Counted from the first letter of the stretch, positions 1-10,776 are shown. The stretch is DNA of 64,000 nt from Candidatus Pelagibacterales bacterium (GCA_045567365.1 JBJLDC010000002.1:321-64320), one strand, 5' to 3'. Program-made: numbers and translations. Notes: generated by a model not told the origin, from the sequence alone.

Positions 1-1038
1 ACTAATATATACTTTTGGACCCTCATCAATTAAATAATCAATATTTACTCTCTTATTTTCATTATCAAAATTTTTATTAGAACTTATTTGTACAAATGAA
101 TATCCATAAGCGGATGCACTATTTTTAATTGAAGCAATATCATCTTTAATAAGATCAGAGTTATATAGATTTCCTGATTTAACACTCAACGAATTTGTTA
201 AAAATTGATCATTTAATTTTTTAAATTTAGTTTTAATAGATACATCTCCAAATGAATATAATTCACCTTCATCAACAGTTAATATTATTTCAAATTGGTT
301 TTTGTTTGGTATCAATTGAGCAATAGAAGACTTAAAAGTAAAATTTGGATAACCACTATTTTTATATAAGTTTGAAATTAAGATTTTGTCATATTCGAGC
401 CTATCTGGGTCATAATTATCTGAAGAAGAGAAAAATCGTAATAAGTTTGAAGTTTTAGTTTTCATTTCTTTTCTCAATTCTCTTGAAGAAAAAACATTGT
501 TTCCTATAAAAGTAATTTTTGATACTGAAACAATATCAGACTCATTTATTTCAAAAATTAAGTTAACACGATTGTCTTTTAATGTTTCAACTTTTGGGAT
601 AACTTCTGTAGAAAGCCTTCCAGATCTTTGATACAGAGATAACAGTTTCTTAACATCTTTTTTTACTTTGGATCTTGAATATATAGATCTGTCACTCAAA
701 GAAATTTCACTTAACAAATCAGCATCTTTTTTTTTATTATTGCCCGTAAATTTTATTAAATTTATTGTTGGATTTTCTTTAATCGTTATTTTTAGTAACG
801 CATCTATAAACTCAATTTTAACGTCAGAAAATAAATCAGTTTCATATAATTTTTTTAATGCATCATTTCCAATTTCATCTGTATAATTGCTATCAATACT
901 TAAATTAGAATATGAAATAACAGTCTCGCGATCTATTCTTTCTAGGCCATGAATTTCAATTTCATTAATAAAAAAATCATTAGCAAAAATTGATTTGCTA
1001 ATGAAAGTAATTATCAAAATTAAAAATATCTTACGCAT
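1..1038 (-). CDS. bamA: Outer membrane protein assembly factor BamA, N-terminal 346 codons (partial; continues past window start)
   Basis: Not in the ORF track because it is open at the window edge. My minus-strand translation from the ATG at 1038 gives MRKIFLILIITFISKSIFANDFFINEIEIHGLERIDRETV..., a signal peptide followed by repeated POTRA-like modules. It lies directly downstream of dxr, as in the conserved uppS-cdsA-dxr-(rseP)-bamA cluster. Confidence 0.85.
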   Translation of the reverse strand, partial: MRKIFLILIITFISKSIFANDFFINEIEIHGLERIDRETVISYSNLSIDSNYTDEIGNDALKKLYETDLFSDVKIEFIDALLKITIKENPTINLIKFTGNNKKKDADLLSEISLSDRSIYSRSKVKKDVKKLLSLYQRSGRLSTEVIPKVETLKDNRVNLIFEINESDIVSVSKITFIGNNVFSSRELRKEMKTKTSNLLRFFSSSDNYDPDRLEYDKILISNLYKNSGYPNFTFKSSIAQLIPNKNQFEIILTVDEGELYSFGDVSIKTKFKKLNDQFLTNSLSVKSGNLYNSDLIKDDIASIKNSASAYGYSFVQISSNKNFDNENKRVNIDYLIDEGPKVYIS

Positions 1039-1059
1039 TAATCATTTATTATAAATTAA

Positions 1060-2214
1060 CTATTTATTAATAATAGTTTTAATATTTCCATCTATCCAAA
1101 TACTAGATTCATTTAAATCTTCAATATTTGGTTCATTTATATTTTGATGAGATTTGAAATAAAGCTCGATGATTCTTTCATTAAAACTAACGATTTTTGT
1201 ATACTCAATAACTCCTTCAAAAAATAAATTTACTAATTTATCATTACTATAATTAAAGAGATGTGGAGCAATACCATCTTTTTTCATTACTTGTTTTCCA
1301 AGACCAAAAGCTGGAAATCGTTCATCATCAATTTCAAAAAATTCTAATGTGTTTAATTTTGTTAAATCTAAATCATGATCATTTGATCTATAGTTCTTAT
1401 CTGGAAAAAATAAACTTGAAATAGGAATCTCCATATTTGGCTGACTTAGAAAAGCATAAGATGAATTATCATGATAATTTAGAATTCCATGAATTATTGA
1501 CTGAGGGTGAATGATTGCATCGACTTGATAAGACTGCAGATGAAAAAGATTTTTTGCTTCAATAAGTTCTAATGCTTTATTCATCATATTAGATGAGTCG
1601 ACTGAAATCTTATTTCCCATCTTCCACTTTGGGTGTTTGATTGCTTGTTCAGGGGTTATTGTATCAAATTTTTTTAAATCAAAATCTAAGAAGGGTCCAC
1701 CTGACGCAGTAATAGTTATATTCTTAAAGGATTTATTATATTTACTTAGTAATTGTTGAATTGCATTATGCTCAGAATCTAACGGAAATATACTGGTTTC
1801 AAATTTACTACACTTATCAAGAAGTATTTTACCAAGTGAAATTATACATTCTTTATTTGCTATTGCTAAAGTTTTTCCTGTTTCTGCTATTTTTAAAGCT
1901 AAAGAGGCACCAGCTAGACCTGAAATTGCTAAGATATAGATATCGATATCATCATTAATAAATGATACAAAATTTTTAATACCGTAAACAGTATTTTTTT
2001 TTTCTAAAATTTCATTTTTATCATTTGATATATCTTCATTTGAGACCCCTAAATTTTCACACTTATAACGATTAGATATATCAATTAAGCAATCAATATT
2101 TTGGTCACATGTAATTCCTTTAAGGCGGAAATCATCATTGGTTTTATCGAGGATTTTAAGAACGGAAGTACCAATTGAACCTGTTGCGCCAAATAATATA
2201 ATATTTTTAGACAT
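1060..2214 (-). CDS. dxr: 1-deoxy-D-xylulose 5-phosphate reductoisomerase
   Basis: 384 aa with the N-terminal GATGSIG NADPH-binding motif. Conserved position after cdsA. Confidence 0.93.
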   Translation of the reverse strand: MSKNIILFGATGSIGTSVLKILDKTNDDFRLKGITCDQNIDCLIDISNRYKCENLGVSNEDISNDKNEILEKKNTVYGIKNFVSFINDDIDIYILAISGLAGASLALKIAETGKTLAIANKECIISLGKILLDKCSKFETSIFPLDSEHNAIQQLLSKYNKSFKNITITASGGPFLDFDLKKFDTITPEQAIKHPKWKMGNKISVDSSNMMNKALELIEAKNLFHLQSYQVDAIIHPQSIIHGILNYHDNSSYAFLSQPNMEIPISSLFFPDKNYRSNDHDLDLTKLNTLEFFEIDDERFPAFGLGKQVMKKDGIAPHLFNYSNDKLVNLFFEGVIEYTKIVSFNERIIELYFKSHQNINEPNIEDLNESSIWIDGNIKTIINK

Positions 2215-2899
2215 AAAAAATTAGTGTGTGCATATTAAAAAAAATAATAAAAAAAAATACAAATATAAAAGAGTCCATCCTATCTAAAAAACCACCGTGA
2301 CCAATAAATAATTTACCTGAATCTTTTAAGCCAGATCTTCTTTTCATAAATGATACGACTGCATCACCTAAAAAAGAAAGAGTACAAATTAAAAAAGCAA
2401 GAATAAATAAACTAAATAATATTTTATTATAAATATAATAAGAGAAACTTAAATTAAATAGAAAAACGGCTGTAAATCCGGTTATAGAACCACTGTAAGT
2501 TTTTCCTTTACTTAATTTTGGAAATATTTTTTTACCTTGAAACAGATTTCCCCCAATATATGAAAAGGTATCAAAAATCCACAGTGAAGAAAGTACATAG
2601 ATAAAAATAAAAAAATTATCATCTAGCGAGAAATAATAAAATGGACACAACACTATGGTGAATGTTGCTAAAAGAATATATATGGCCACTCCTATTTTAA
2701 TATTTGATAATTTAAAGATATTCACCAATTCTCTTAAAATCATAATAAAAAAGAAGATAAATAAAGAAAGCAACAAAACTCCACCTTGGTATAAAGAATA
2801 AATAAATATAGGAACAAAGATAATTACAGAAAATAATCGTTTAGCTAACTCTATATTAAAAAATGATCTAAAGTTTGATAAAATACTATTATTTACCAT
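2207..2899 (-). CDS. cdsA: Phosphatidate cytidylyltransferase
   Basis: 230-aa polytopic membrane protein. The C-terminal SFMKRRSGLKDSGKLFIGHGGFLDRMDS matches the CdsA signature. Overlaps uppS by 11 nt and dxr by 8 nt. Confidence 0.9.
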   Translation of the reverse strand: MVNNSILSNFRSFFNIELAKRLFSVIIFVPIFIYSLYQGGVLLLSLFIFFFIMILRELVNIFKLSNIKIGVAIYILLATFTIVLCPFYYFSLDDNFFIFIYVLSSLWIFDTFSYIGGNLFQGKKIFPKLSKGKTYSGSITGFTAVFLFNLSFSYYIYNKILFSLFILAFLICTLSFLGDAVVSFMKRRSGLKDSGKLFIGHGGFLDRMDSFIFVFFFIIFFNMHTLIFYV

Positions 2900-3605
2900 A
2901 ATTTCTTTTTCTTTTGAGATATTTAATTAGGGACATCTTTAAATGCGTAAATTTAAAATCAGGCCATAATTTTTTTGTAAAAATAAATTCTGAGTAAGCT
3001 GACTGCCAAAGAAGAAAGTCACTCAATCGCAGTTCTCCTCCAGTTCTTATTATTAAATCTGGATCAGGTATTCCATCACTGTATAAATATGACTCAAATT
3101 TATTTGCTTTCTTTTTATTAACTACTATTTTTTTAACAGCTTCAATAATTTCTTCTCTCGCACTATAATTAAACGCTAGATTGATTTGTATGCCTGTATT
3201 CAGCTCTGTTTTGTTTTGAACATTATTGATTATCTCTTTTATTGGTTTTGGTAATTTTTTATCTGAACCAAAGTGTTTGATTTTAAAATTTTCTTTAACT
3301 GACAGATCTTCGAATCTATTATATGTTTGTTTTATAAAATTAAAAAGAGCATTAATTTCAAGACTTGATCTTTTCCAGTTATTTACCGCAAAAACATAGA
3401 GTGTTATATATTTCAGCTTTATTGATTCTTCATTATTTATTTTTTTTAGAATGCCAATAGCATTATTGATTCCTTCTTTGTGACCTAGATTGGATTTTAA
3501 CTTATTCTTTTTTGCCCATCTACGATTCCCATCCATAATAATCGCAAGATGGTTTAATTTAATTATTATATCTTGATATTTTTTTTTATGGGCTCGTAGG
3601 GTCAA
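2889..3605 (-). CDS. uppS: Undecaprenyl diphosphate synthase (apparent TTG start)
   Basis: IIMDGNRRWA motif plus the RTGGELRLSDFLLWQSAYSE signature. The ORF begins with TTG at 3605. Confidence 0.92.
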   Translation of the reverse strand: MTLRAHKKKYQDIIIKLNHLAIIMDGNRRWAKKNKLKSNLGHKEGINNAIGILKKINNEESIKLKYITLYVFAVNNWKRSSLEINALFNFIKQTYNRFEDLSVKENFKIKHFGSDKKLPKPIKEIINNVQNKTELNTGIQINLAFNYSAREEIIEAVKKIVVNKKKANKFESYLYSDGIPDPDLIIRTGGELRLSDFLLWQSAYSEFIFTKKLWPDFKFTHLKMSLIKYLKRKRNYGK

Positions 3606-3610
3606 AAAGA

Positions 3611-4168
3611 TTATATTTTCTTTAAATCTTCTTCTTTAGATTTAAGATTATCCTCTATCTCTTTAATATGCTTTGAAGTCAGATCTTCAATTTCATTTTG
3701 AAATTTTTTAGAGTCATCCTGTCCAATTTCTTTATTTTTTTCTAATGATTTGATTTTTTCAATTCCATCTCTTCTAATATTTCTAATTGCAACTTTAGAA
3801 TTTTCAGAAATCTTTCCAGCTAACTTTAAAAATTCAACTCTACGCTCCTCTGTTAATTGTGGTAAGGGCAATCTAATCAATGATCCTTCCGTTTGAGGAT
3901 TTATGCCCAAATCAGATTCACTTAATGCTTTTTCAACAGCAGATACATTTGACTGATCCCATATATCTACATTAATAGTTCTTGAATCTGGTGTTGTAAT
4001 ATTTCCTATTTGATTAATTGGCATTTTTTGTCCGTATACTTCAACTCTTATGGAGTCAAGCATGTTTGGCGAAGCCCTTCCAGCTCTAATCCCTGAAAGC
4101 TCTGATTTAGCTGAACTAATAGTCGATTGCATTCTTGCTTCAATATCAGATTTTATTTCTGCAAACAT
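3611..4168 (-). CDS. frr: Ribosome recycling factor
   Basis: 185 aa with typical RRF sequence (IRAGRASPNMLD..., RNIRRD). Confidence 0.95.
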   Translation of the reverse strand: MFAEIKSDIEARMQSTISSAKSELSGIRAGRASPNMLDSIRVEVYGQKMPINQIGNITTPDSRTINVDIWDQSNVSAVEKALSESDLGINPQTEGSLIRLPLPQLTEERRVEFLKLAGKISENSKVAIRNIRRDGIEKIKSLEKNKEIGQDDSKKFQNEIEDLTSKHIKEIEDNLKSKEEDLKKI

Positions 4169-4881
4169 TATGATATTTCCGAATGACTTAACTTATTCAT
4201 AAACATTTTGACAAAACAATTTTTTTCTTGAATGGAAAATAACTTAATTGGAATATTATTATCACGAGATATTGCAATAGCGGAAGTGTCCATAACTTTT
4301 AAATTTTCATTAATATACTTTTTAAAAGTAAGTTTAGAATATTTTTTTGCATTTTTGAATTTTTTTGGGTCTTTGTCATAAATTCCATCTACTTGCGTAG
4401 CCTTATAAATAACGCCACAATCAAGTTCAGCAGCCCTTAAAGCAGCTGATGTGTCTGTTGAAAAGTAAGGGTTTCCAGTTCCAGCAGTACATATAACAAT
4501 TCTGTTTTTTTCCATATGTCTTATAGCTCTTCTTCTTATGTAAGTTTCACAAATAGACTGAATGGGAAAAGCAGACATTACTCTTGTTTGGACTTCAATT
4601 TTTTCAAGAGCATTTTGAAGCGCTAAACCATTTAATACAGTTGCAAGCATACCCATATAATCTGCATTTGCCCTATCCATTCCTTGCGATGACGCTTCAA
4701 GTCCACGAAATATATTGCCTCCACCAATAACGACACAAATTTGTACTTTTTTAAGTAAAAGTTTTTTTAAATCTGCAGCAATATTATTTACGGTATCAAT
4801 AGATATACCATAATTCCCAGCGCCCATTAGTGATTCTCCGGAAAGTTTAATAAGTATCCGGTTATTTTTTTTTAAAGACAA
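4168..4881 (-). CDS. pyrH: UMP kinase
   Basis: 237 aa with the ILIKLSGE and GGGNIFRG motifs. Lies in the tsf-pyrH-frr order. Confidence 0.95.
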   Translation of the reverse strand: MSLKKNNRILIKLSGESLMGAGNYGISIDTVNNIAADLKKLLLKKVQICVVIGGGNIFRGLEASSQGMDRANADYMGMLATVLNGLALQNALEKIEVQTRVMSAFPIQSICETYIRRRAIRHMEKNRIVICTAGTGNPYFSTDTSAALRAAELDCGVIYKATQVDGIYDKDPKKFKNAKKYSKLTFKKYINENLKVMDTSAIAISRDNNIPIKLFSIQEKNCFVKMFMNKLSHSEIS

Positions 4882-4884
4882 TGT

Positions 4885-5703
4885 TTATTCTCCTAATTCG
4901 TATCTGATAAATTTATCTATCTTTATTTCTGAACCAGAATCTTTTGAGGAGTTCTCAAGGTATGAATTGATTGATATAGAAGGATCCATAACAAATTTTT
5001 GATTTAAAAGCACATTCTCTTCAAAAAATTTCTTTATTTTACCATCAATCATTTTAGAAATGATATCATCCGGCTTACCAGAATCTTTAAGCTGCTCTTT
5101 GAGGATATTTTTCTCATTTTCAATTAGATTTGAATCTAAATCATCTTCACTTAGAGACTTTGGTGAACTTGCAGCTATGTGCATGCAAATGTTTTTACCA
5201 ATTTCTTCAGATACTTCGTCATTATCAAACTTTAAGATCACTCCTATTTTACCTAATCCATCAGTAATTTTATTATGAGTATACGTAAACGTTCTGCCAG
5301 GAACGTAATCAGATCTTTTAAAAACAATATTTTCTCCAATCTTAGCAATAGCTTCACTTATTAATTCAGAAGATTTTTTGGCGGCATCCTCATCTTCTAA
5401 AATTGTGATATCTAATACACTGTTAACTAAAGATTGAAATTCTGAGTTTCTAGATACAAAATCTGTTTCTGAATTAATTTCTACAATAGCGGCACCATTG
5501 TCAGATATCTTTATACCAATTAAACCTTCATTGGCATCTCTCGTAGATTTTTTTTCAGCCTTTGCTATTCCTTTTTCTCTAAGCCACTTAAAAGCATCTT
5601 CTAAATTACCGCCAGATTCAGCTAAGGCATTTTTACAATCCATCATACCGGCCCCAGAAATTTTTCTTAGATCCTGAACTTGTTTGGCTGTAACTTGAGA
5701 CAT
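4885..5703 (-). CDS. tsf: Translation elongation factor Ts
   Basis: 272 aa. The N-terminal VQDLRKISGAGMMDCKNAL is a UBA-like EF-Ts motif. Lies downstream of rpsB. Confidence 0.95.
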   Translation of the reverse strand: MSQVTAKQVQDLRKISGAGMMDCKNALAESGGNLEDAFKWLREKGIAKAEKKSTRDANEGLIGIKISDNGAAIVEINSETDFVSRNSEFQSLVNSVLDITILEDEDAAKKSSELISEAIAKIGENIVFKRSDYVPGRTFTYTHNKITDGLGKIGVILKFDNDEVSEEIGKNICMHIAASSPKSLSEDDLDSNLIENEKNILKEQLKDSGKPDDIISKMIDGKIKKFFEENVLLNQKFVMDPSISINSYLENSSKDSGSEIKIDKFIRYELGE

Positions 5704-6503
5704 TAATTAGGCTCCGCTGATGAACTAGAATCTTTCACGTCTTTTTTTTCAATATTATTAGCTACTTCAACACTATTTTGCTCAACAACTTCTGTTTCTT
5801 TTTTTTCTTCAAATATAATTTCTTGTTTTGATGATTCAATTGTCTGGTGGATTAAATCACAATATAGACTAATTGACCTTCTTGAATCATCATTACCTGG
5901 AATTGGATAATCAATTAATTCTGGATCTGCATTTGTATCGACAATACCAATAACGGGAATATTCAAATTTCTTGCCTCAGCTACTGCCTTATGTTCGTGC
6001 TTAGTATCAATTATAAATATTAAGTCTGGAGCTTTTTTCATCTCACTAATACCAAACAGAGATAACATTAACTTTTGATACTGTCTTTCCATTTGCAGAA
6101 CTTCTTTTTTTGTAAATTCGTTGTTTACATTTGACTTAGAAATTTCTAGTTCCTTCATTTTCTTAATTGAATTTGTAATAGTGGACCAATTTGTTAACAT
6201 GCCACCTAACCACCTATGATTTACATAATAATGGTTTGTGTCTGTAGCTAATTGAGCAATTCTCTTAGATGCCTGTTTTTTAGTAGATACAAATAATATC
6301 TTTCCACCTTTAGATACAACATCATTTATTTTATTAAGAGCTTCAGTTAATAATCCTACAGTCAACGTGAGATCAATAATGTGAACGTTTTCTCTAGTGC
6401 TATGGATGTATTTTTCCATTTTAGGATTCCATCTTTGAGTTTTATGTCCAAAATGTACACCTGCTTCAATTAAGTCTTTGAGACCAAAATTCGGTATAGT
6501 CAT
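5703..6503 (-). CDS. rpsB: 30S ribosomal protein S2
   Basis: 266 aa ([19 protein letters not shown]...) with an acidic C-terminal extension. Confidence 0.96.
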   Translation of the reverse strand: MTIPNFGLKDLIEAGVHFGHKTQRWNPKMEKYIHSTRENVHIIDLTLTVGLLTEALNKINDVVSKGGKILFVSTKKQASKRIAQLATDTNHYYVNHRWLGGMLTNWSTITNSIKKMKELEISKSNVNNEFTKKEVLQMERQYQKLMLSLFGISEMKKAPDLIFIIDTKHEHKAVAEARNLNIPVIGIVDTNADPELIDYPIPGNDDSRRSISLYCDLIHQTIESSKQEIIFEEKKETEVVEQNSVEVANNIEKKDVKDSSSSAEPN

Positions 6504-6585
6504 ATATATTTCTCCGGTTATTCATCCGTAACAATTTGACCCCATTGGGACCGGACAGCAGTTAGCTATCGTTACGTGTTTAATT
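6504..6585 (-). promoter_or_regulatory. Candidate structured 5' leader of rpsB-tsf (possible S2 autoregulatory element)
   Basis: GC-enriched island in an AT-rich intergenic region. On the RNA strand, CGUAAC pairs with GUUACG, and UCCGG pairs with CCGGA, which overlaps the GGAG Shine-Dalgarno. A possible -35 TTGAAG (6614-6619) and -10 TAATTA (6591-6596) with 17-nt spacing lie upstream. Confidence 0.5.
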
Positions 6586-6625
6586 GCGTGTAATTAACTT
6601 AAAAAATGAAATACTTCAATATAAT

Positions 6626-9600
6626 TTATTCATCAAAACTTACTTCTTTAACTCCATTAATAGATCTTATTTTTTCAATTAAATTTATATTAACTTGATA
6701 GAGATCAGGTAATGCAAGTCTTTGATTTTCAACAATAATATTTATTTTGTGATTTCCCTTTTGTAAATTAATTGCCTTAAATTCATTCAGTGAAAATTTC
6801 TCATTGGCATATATTTGTAGTAGCGATGCCTTTGGTTTTACCTTTTTAGTCTCTGTGTCAGAGGTATTATTTTGATTTGAAAATGATGAGTATGACTGAT
6901 TATTCATTTTAATAACATCTACTATTTTATATATTTTTTTAGCTTCACCTCTAAGACCATTTCCATCATCAGAGAAATCAATGCCAATTGCGTATGAGTC
7001 ACCTTCAACTAAAATATCTCTGTACTTACGAAGATTATTTTCAAATATAATAAGTTCATATATGGAACTAAGATCTGAAAAATTTAAAAAGGCATATGCA
7101 TTCCCTCTAGCTGAACGTTTTTCTTTTTTTGACAATAAGGTTCCAGCTAACAGAACATTTTTTTCATTATGAAAGTTTTTATTAAGCTTAATTGTTTCAA
7201 AATTTTTAATATCTAATTTAGAAACTTTATTCAGAAATTGATTTAATGGATGTCCAGATAAATAAAAACCAAGTATTTCAAATTCTTTCATTAGCTTCAT
7301 CTCCTCACTCCATCTTTCTTTCGAGGAAAACTTATATTCAAATTTTAAAGCCTCACCAAAAATGTCTTCTTGATTGCTATTATTTGTATCGTGAAAATGC
7401 TTTAAATGTTTAATTATTTCAGGACATTCATTAAATATATTTTCTCTTTTAATATTAAATGAGTCAAAACTGCCTGAGCATGCTAACGCTTCTAGTGTTT
7501 TTTTGTTAGATACAGATGAACTCACTCTTGTTAGAAAGTCCTCAAAGTCTATGAAGTTACCATTTTTATTTCTCTCTTCCTCAAGTTCTTTAATTGCTTC
7601 TATTCCAACATTCTTTATAGCTCCGAGTGCATATGAAATTCCATCTCCGTCACGCACAAAGTATGAATTGGACTTATTTACATCTGGAGCAATTAATGGA
7701 ATTTTCATTCTATCTAATTCTTGTTGAAATATTGCTAGTTTATCTGTGTTATTAATATCTAATGACATCGATGCAGCAAAAAATTCAATTGGGTAATGTT
7801 TTTTTAGATATGCAGTTTGAAAAGCAATTAAGGCATAAGCTGCTGCGTGACTTTTATTGAATCCATAATCTGCAAATTTTGATAGTAATTCAAATATATT
7901 ATTTGCTTCATTATCTTTTAGTCCTTTTGAAATACAACCTTCTACAAATCTTTTCTTTTGAGCTGTCATTTCTTTTTGAATCTTTTTACCCATTGCTCTT
8001 CTTAGAAGATCCGCTTCACCATCTGAATAGCCCGATAACTCTCTAGCAACGCCCATAACTTGTTCTTGATAAATAATAACCCCATATGTTTCCTTTAATA
8101 AATCTTCCAGCAATGGATGTACGTAATCAGGTTTTTCCCTGCCATGTTTTCTCTCAATATAAGTTGGAATATTGGCCATTGGTCCTGGTCGATACAAGGC
8201 TACAAGAGCAATAATATCTTCAAATTTATCAGGTTTTAAATTTTTAAGAGTATCTTTCATACCTGGACTTTCTAATTGAAAAATACCTGTTGTTTCACCT
8301 GTTCCTAACAAATCAAATGTTTGTGTGTCAGTTAAATCAATTTCTGATATATCAAATTTTTCGTACTTATTTACCAGATCGACACAATTATTAATTAGCG
8401 TTAAGGTTTTTAAGCCCAAAAAATCGAATTTTACTAAACCTGCATTCTCTACCCACTTCATATCAAATTGAGTTAGAAAAATATTAGTATCTGGATCACT
8501 ATATAGTGGAACATCCTTATAAATAATGTCCTTAGATATAACTACTCCAGCAGCGTGTATTGAAGCGTGTCTCTTTAAACCTTCTAATTTAAGAGCAATA
8601 CTTAAAAGTTTTTTTATTTTAGGATTTTTGTTAGCTTCTTCCGTCAGCTTTGGCTCATCATCAATATATTCTCGAAGGCTTAATTGCCTCGACGGATCGA
8701 ATGGTATCAATTTAGTCAAATAGTCCACTTGTCCATATGGAACACCTAGTACTCTTCCAATATCTCTTAATACTGCTCTTGCTTGAAGTTTACCAAAGGT
8801 AATAATTTGAGCGACATGATCTTTGCCATATTTCTCATAAACATAGTTGAGAACTTCGTCTCTTCTATCCCTACAGAAGTCAATATCAAAATCAGGCAAT
8901 GAAACACGCTCAGGATTTAAAAATCGTTCAAAAATTAAACCAAAATGAATTGGGTCTAAATCAGTTATCTCAAGACACCATGCAACCAACGAGCCAGCAC
9001 CTGAACCCCTTCCAGGTCCAACTGGTATATTATTATATTTTGCCCATTTAATGAAATCGGCAACAATTAAAAAATATCCCTCATATTTCATATTAATAAT
9101 AATATCTAATTCACTATCTAATCTCTTCTGATATTCACTTCTTAATTGATTTGATTCTTCATCATTTTCTATTTTTTTCATTTTTAAAGTCTGCATCACT
9201 CTTTTTTCGAGTCCTTCATTTGAAATTTTTCTAAGAAGATCTTCTTCTGTATTTTCCGCTCCTTTGATAAAAACTGGTAGTATCGGATTTTTAATCTCAG
9301 GCTTAAATGAACACCTCTGAGAAATTTCAATTGTATTTAATAGAGATTCTGGAAGATCATGAAATAAAGATTCCATTTCATCAACAGACTTAAAATAATG
9401 TTGATCAGAAAATCTATATCTATCTAATTGTGATACAAATTGCTTCTTTTCTATACAGCTTAATGCATCATGAGCCTCATAATATTCTGGTGACTCAAAG
9501 TAGACCTCATTAGTAGCAACTAAAGGCAATGAATTATCATAAGCTAAATTAAGAAGTGAATTTTCATTTTTTTTATTTGAATTGCCTAGTCTTTGGATCT

Positions 9601-10117
9601 CTATATAAAGATTATCGTTAAATTGCTCTTTTAAATTAATTAGAAATTGATTTGCATAAGATATTTTTCCTGTATTAAGGATAATCTCAATTAAATTATT
9701 TCTTCCACCTGTTAATGCAATCAAGCCTTCTTTCCTATTATATATATCAGATAGATTCACAGCATTGTTTTCTGGATATTTTGTATATGATAAGGAACTA
9801 AGCTCTAATAGATTCTGGTAACCCTGTAGATTTTTTGCAAATAAATTTAAAAAGAAATACTTATTATCTATGTTTAACGTATCTGAATTGTATTCGTTAG
9901 GTATGCTGATTTTAATATTACACCCAATTAATGGCTGAACACCATAGCTTGATATTTTGTCACTAAATTCTAATGCGCCAAACATGTTATTTGTGTCTGT
10001 AATTCCTACTGCAGGCATTTGAAAAGACTCACATAATTCTGCAATACGATTTATTGTTATTGCTCCTTCAGATAAGGAATATTCTGTTTTATTTGTGAGG
10101 TGTACAAAATTAGTCAT
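6626..10117 (-). CDS. dnaE: DNA polymerase III alpha subunit
   Basis: 1163 aa with an N-terminal PHP domain (HLTNKTEYSLSEGA) and a polymerase core (FLGLKTLT, PDFDIDF). Confidence 0.96.
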   Translation of the reverse strand: MTNFVHLTNKTEYSLSEGAITINRIAELCESFQMPAVGITDTNNMFGALEFSDKISSYGVQPLIGCNIKISIPNEYNSDTLNIDNKYFFLNLFAKNLQGYQNLLELSSLSYTKYPENNAVNLSDIYNRKEGLIALTGGRNNLIEIILNTGKISYANQFLINLKEQFNDNLYIEIQRLGNSNKKNENSLLNLAYDNSLPLVATNEVYFESPEYYEAHDALSCIEKKQFVSQLDRYRFSDQHYFKSVDEMESLFHDLPESLLNTIEISQRCSFKPEIKNPILPVFIKGAENTEEDLLRKISNEGLEKRVMQTLKMKKIENDEESNQLRSEYQKRLDSELDIIINMKYEGYFLIVADFIKWAKYNNIPVGPGRGSGAGSLVAWCLEITDLDPIHFGLIFERFLNPERVSLPDFDIDFCRDRRDEVLNYVYEKYGKDHVAQIITFGKLQARAVLRDIGRVLGVPYGQVDYLTKLIPFDPSRQLSLREYIDDEPKLTEEANKNPKIKKLLSIALKLEGLKRHASIHAAGVVISKDIIYKDVPLYSDPDTNIFLTQFDMKWVENAGLVKFDFLGLKTLTLINNCVDLVNKYEKFDISEIDLTDTQTFDLLGTGETTGIFQLESPGMKDTLKNLKPDKFEDIIALVALYRPGPMANIPTYIERKHGREKPDYVHPLLEDLLKETYGVIIYQEQVMGVARELSGYSDGEADLLRRAMGKKIQKEMTAQKKRFVEGCISKGLKDNEANNIFELLSKFADYGFNKSHAAAYALIAFQTAYLKKHYPIEFFAASMSLDINNTDKLAIFQQELDRMKIPLIAPDVNKSNSYFVRDGDGISYALGAIKNVGIEAIKELEEERNKNGNFIDFEDFLTRVSSSVSNKKTLEALACSGSFDSFNIKRENIFNECPEIIKHLKHFHDTNNSNQEDIFGEALKFEYKFSSKERWSEEMKLMKEFEILGFYLSGHPLNQFLNKVSKLDIKNFETIKLNKNFHNEKNVLLAGTLLSKKEKRSARGNAYAFLNFSDLSSIYELIIFENNLRKYRDILVEGDSYAIGIDFSDDGNGLRGEAKKIYKIVDVIKMNNQSYSSFSNQNNTSDTETKKVKPKASLLQIYANEKFSLNEFKAINLQKGNHKINIIVENQRLALPDLYQVNINLIEKIRSINGVKEVSFDE

Positions 10118-10776
10118 CAGACTAATTTTATCTGGTGATCCGATTTACTTGCAAGTTCCAAATTATGAGTAGCCATAATTAATGAAATTTTCTGTGAATA
10201 AACAAAGTCAATAAGGTGCTCAAATACATCTTTGCTAGTATTTTTATCAAGATTTCCTGTTGGTTCATCGGCTATAATAACTTTAGGCTCATTGATTATC
10301 GCTCTAGCAATTGCTACTCTTTGTTGTTCTCCCCCTGATAAATCTTTTGGCAAATGATTAATACGAGCACTTAAACCAAGGACATCTAAACATTTAAAAG
10401 CTGACTCATAAGCATTTTTTTTACTGGCTCCTAAAAGTATTTGAGGAATAGTCACATTTTCAATCGCTGTAAAATCTGAAAAAAGATTATTAGATTGGTA
10501 AACAAATCCTAATTTATCTCTTCGAATAAGATTTTGTTCTGTATCACTGATATCTTTTAAATTTTGATTAAAGAAGTGAATATCTCCACTATCGACTGTA
10601 TCTATAAGCCCAATAACATTTAATAGTGTAGATTTTCCTGATCCAGAAGGACCAATCACTGCTATAAATTTACCTTCTTGTATAGTTACATTTAAGTTTT
10701 CAATTACCGGTATTACTGAGTCTCCCTGAGAATATGATTTTGAAATATTTTCTAATTTAATAATAGTTTCAGGCAT
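10117..10776 (-). CDS. lolD: Lipoprotein-releasing system ATP-binding protein
   Basis: 219-aa ABC ATPase with Walker A GPSGSGKST, signature LSGGEQQR and Walker B IIADEPT. Overlaps the LolC/E permease gene. Confidence 0.88.
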   Translation of the reverse strand: MPETIIKLENISKSYSQGDSVIPVIENLNVTIQEGKFIAVIGPSGSGKSTLLNVIGLIDTVDSGDIHFFNQNLKDISDTEQNLIRRDKLGFVYQSNNLFSDFTAIENVTIPQILLGASKKNAYESAFKCLDVLGLSARINHLPKDLSGGEQQRVAIARAIINEPKVIIADEPTGNLDKNTSKDVFEHLIDFVYSQKISLIMATHNLELASKSDHQIKLV

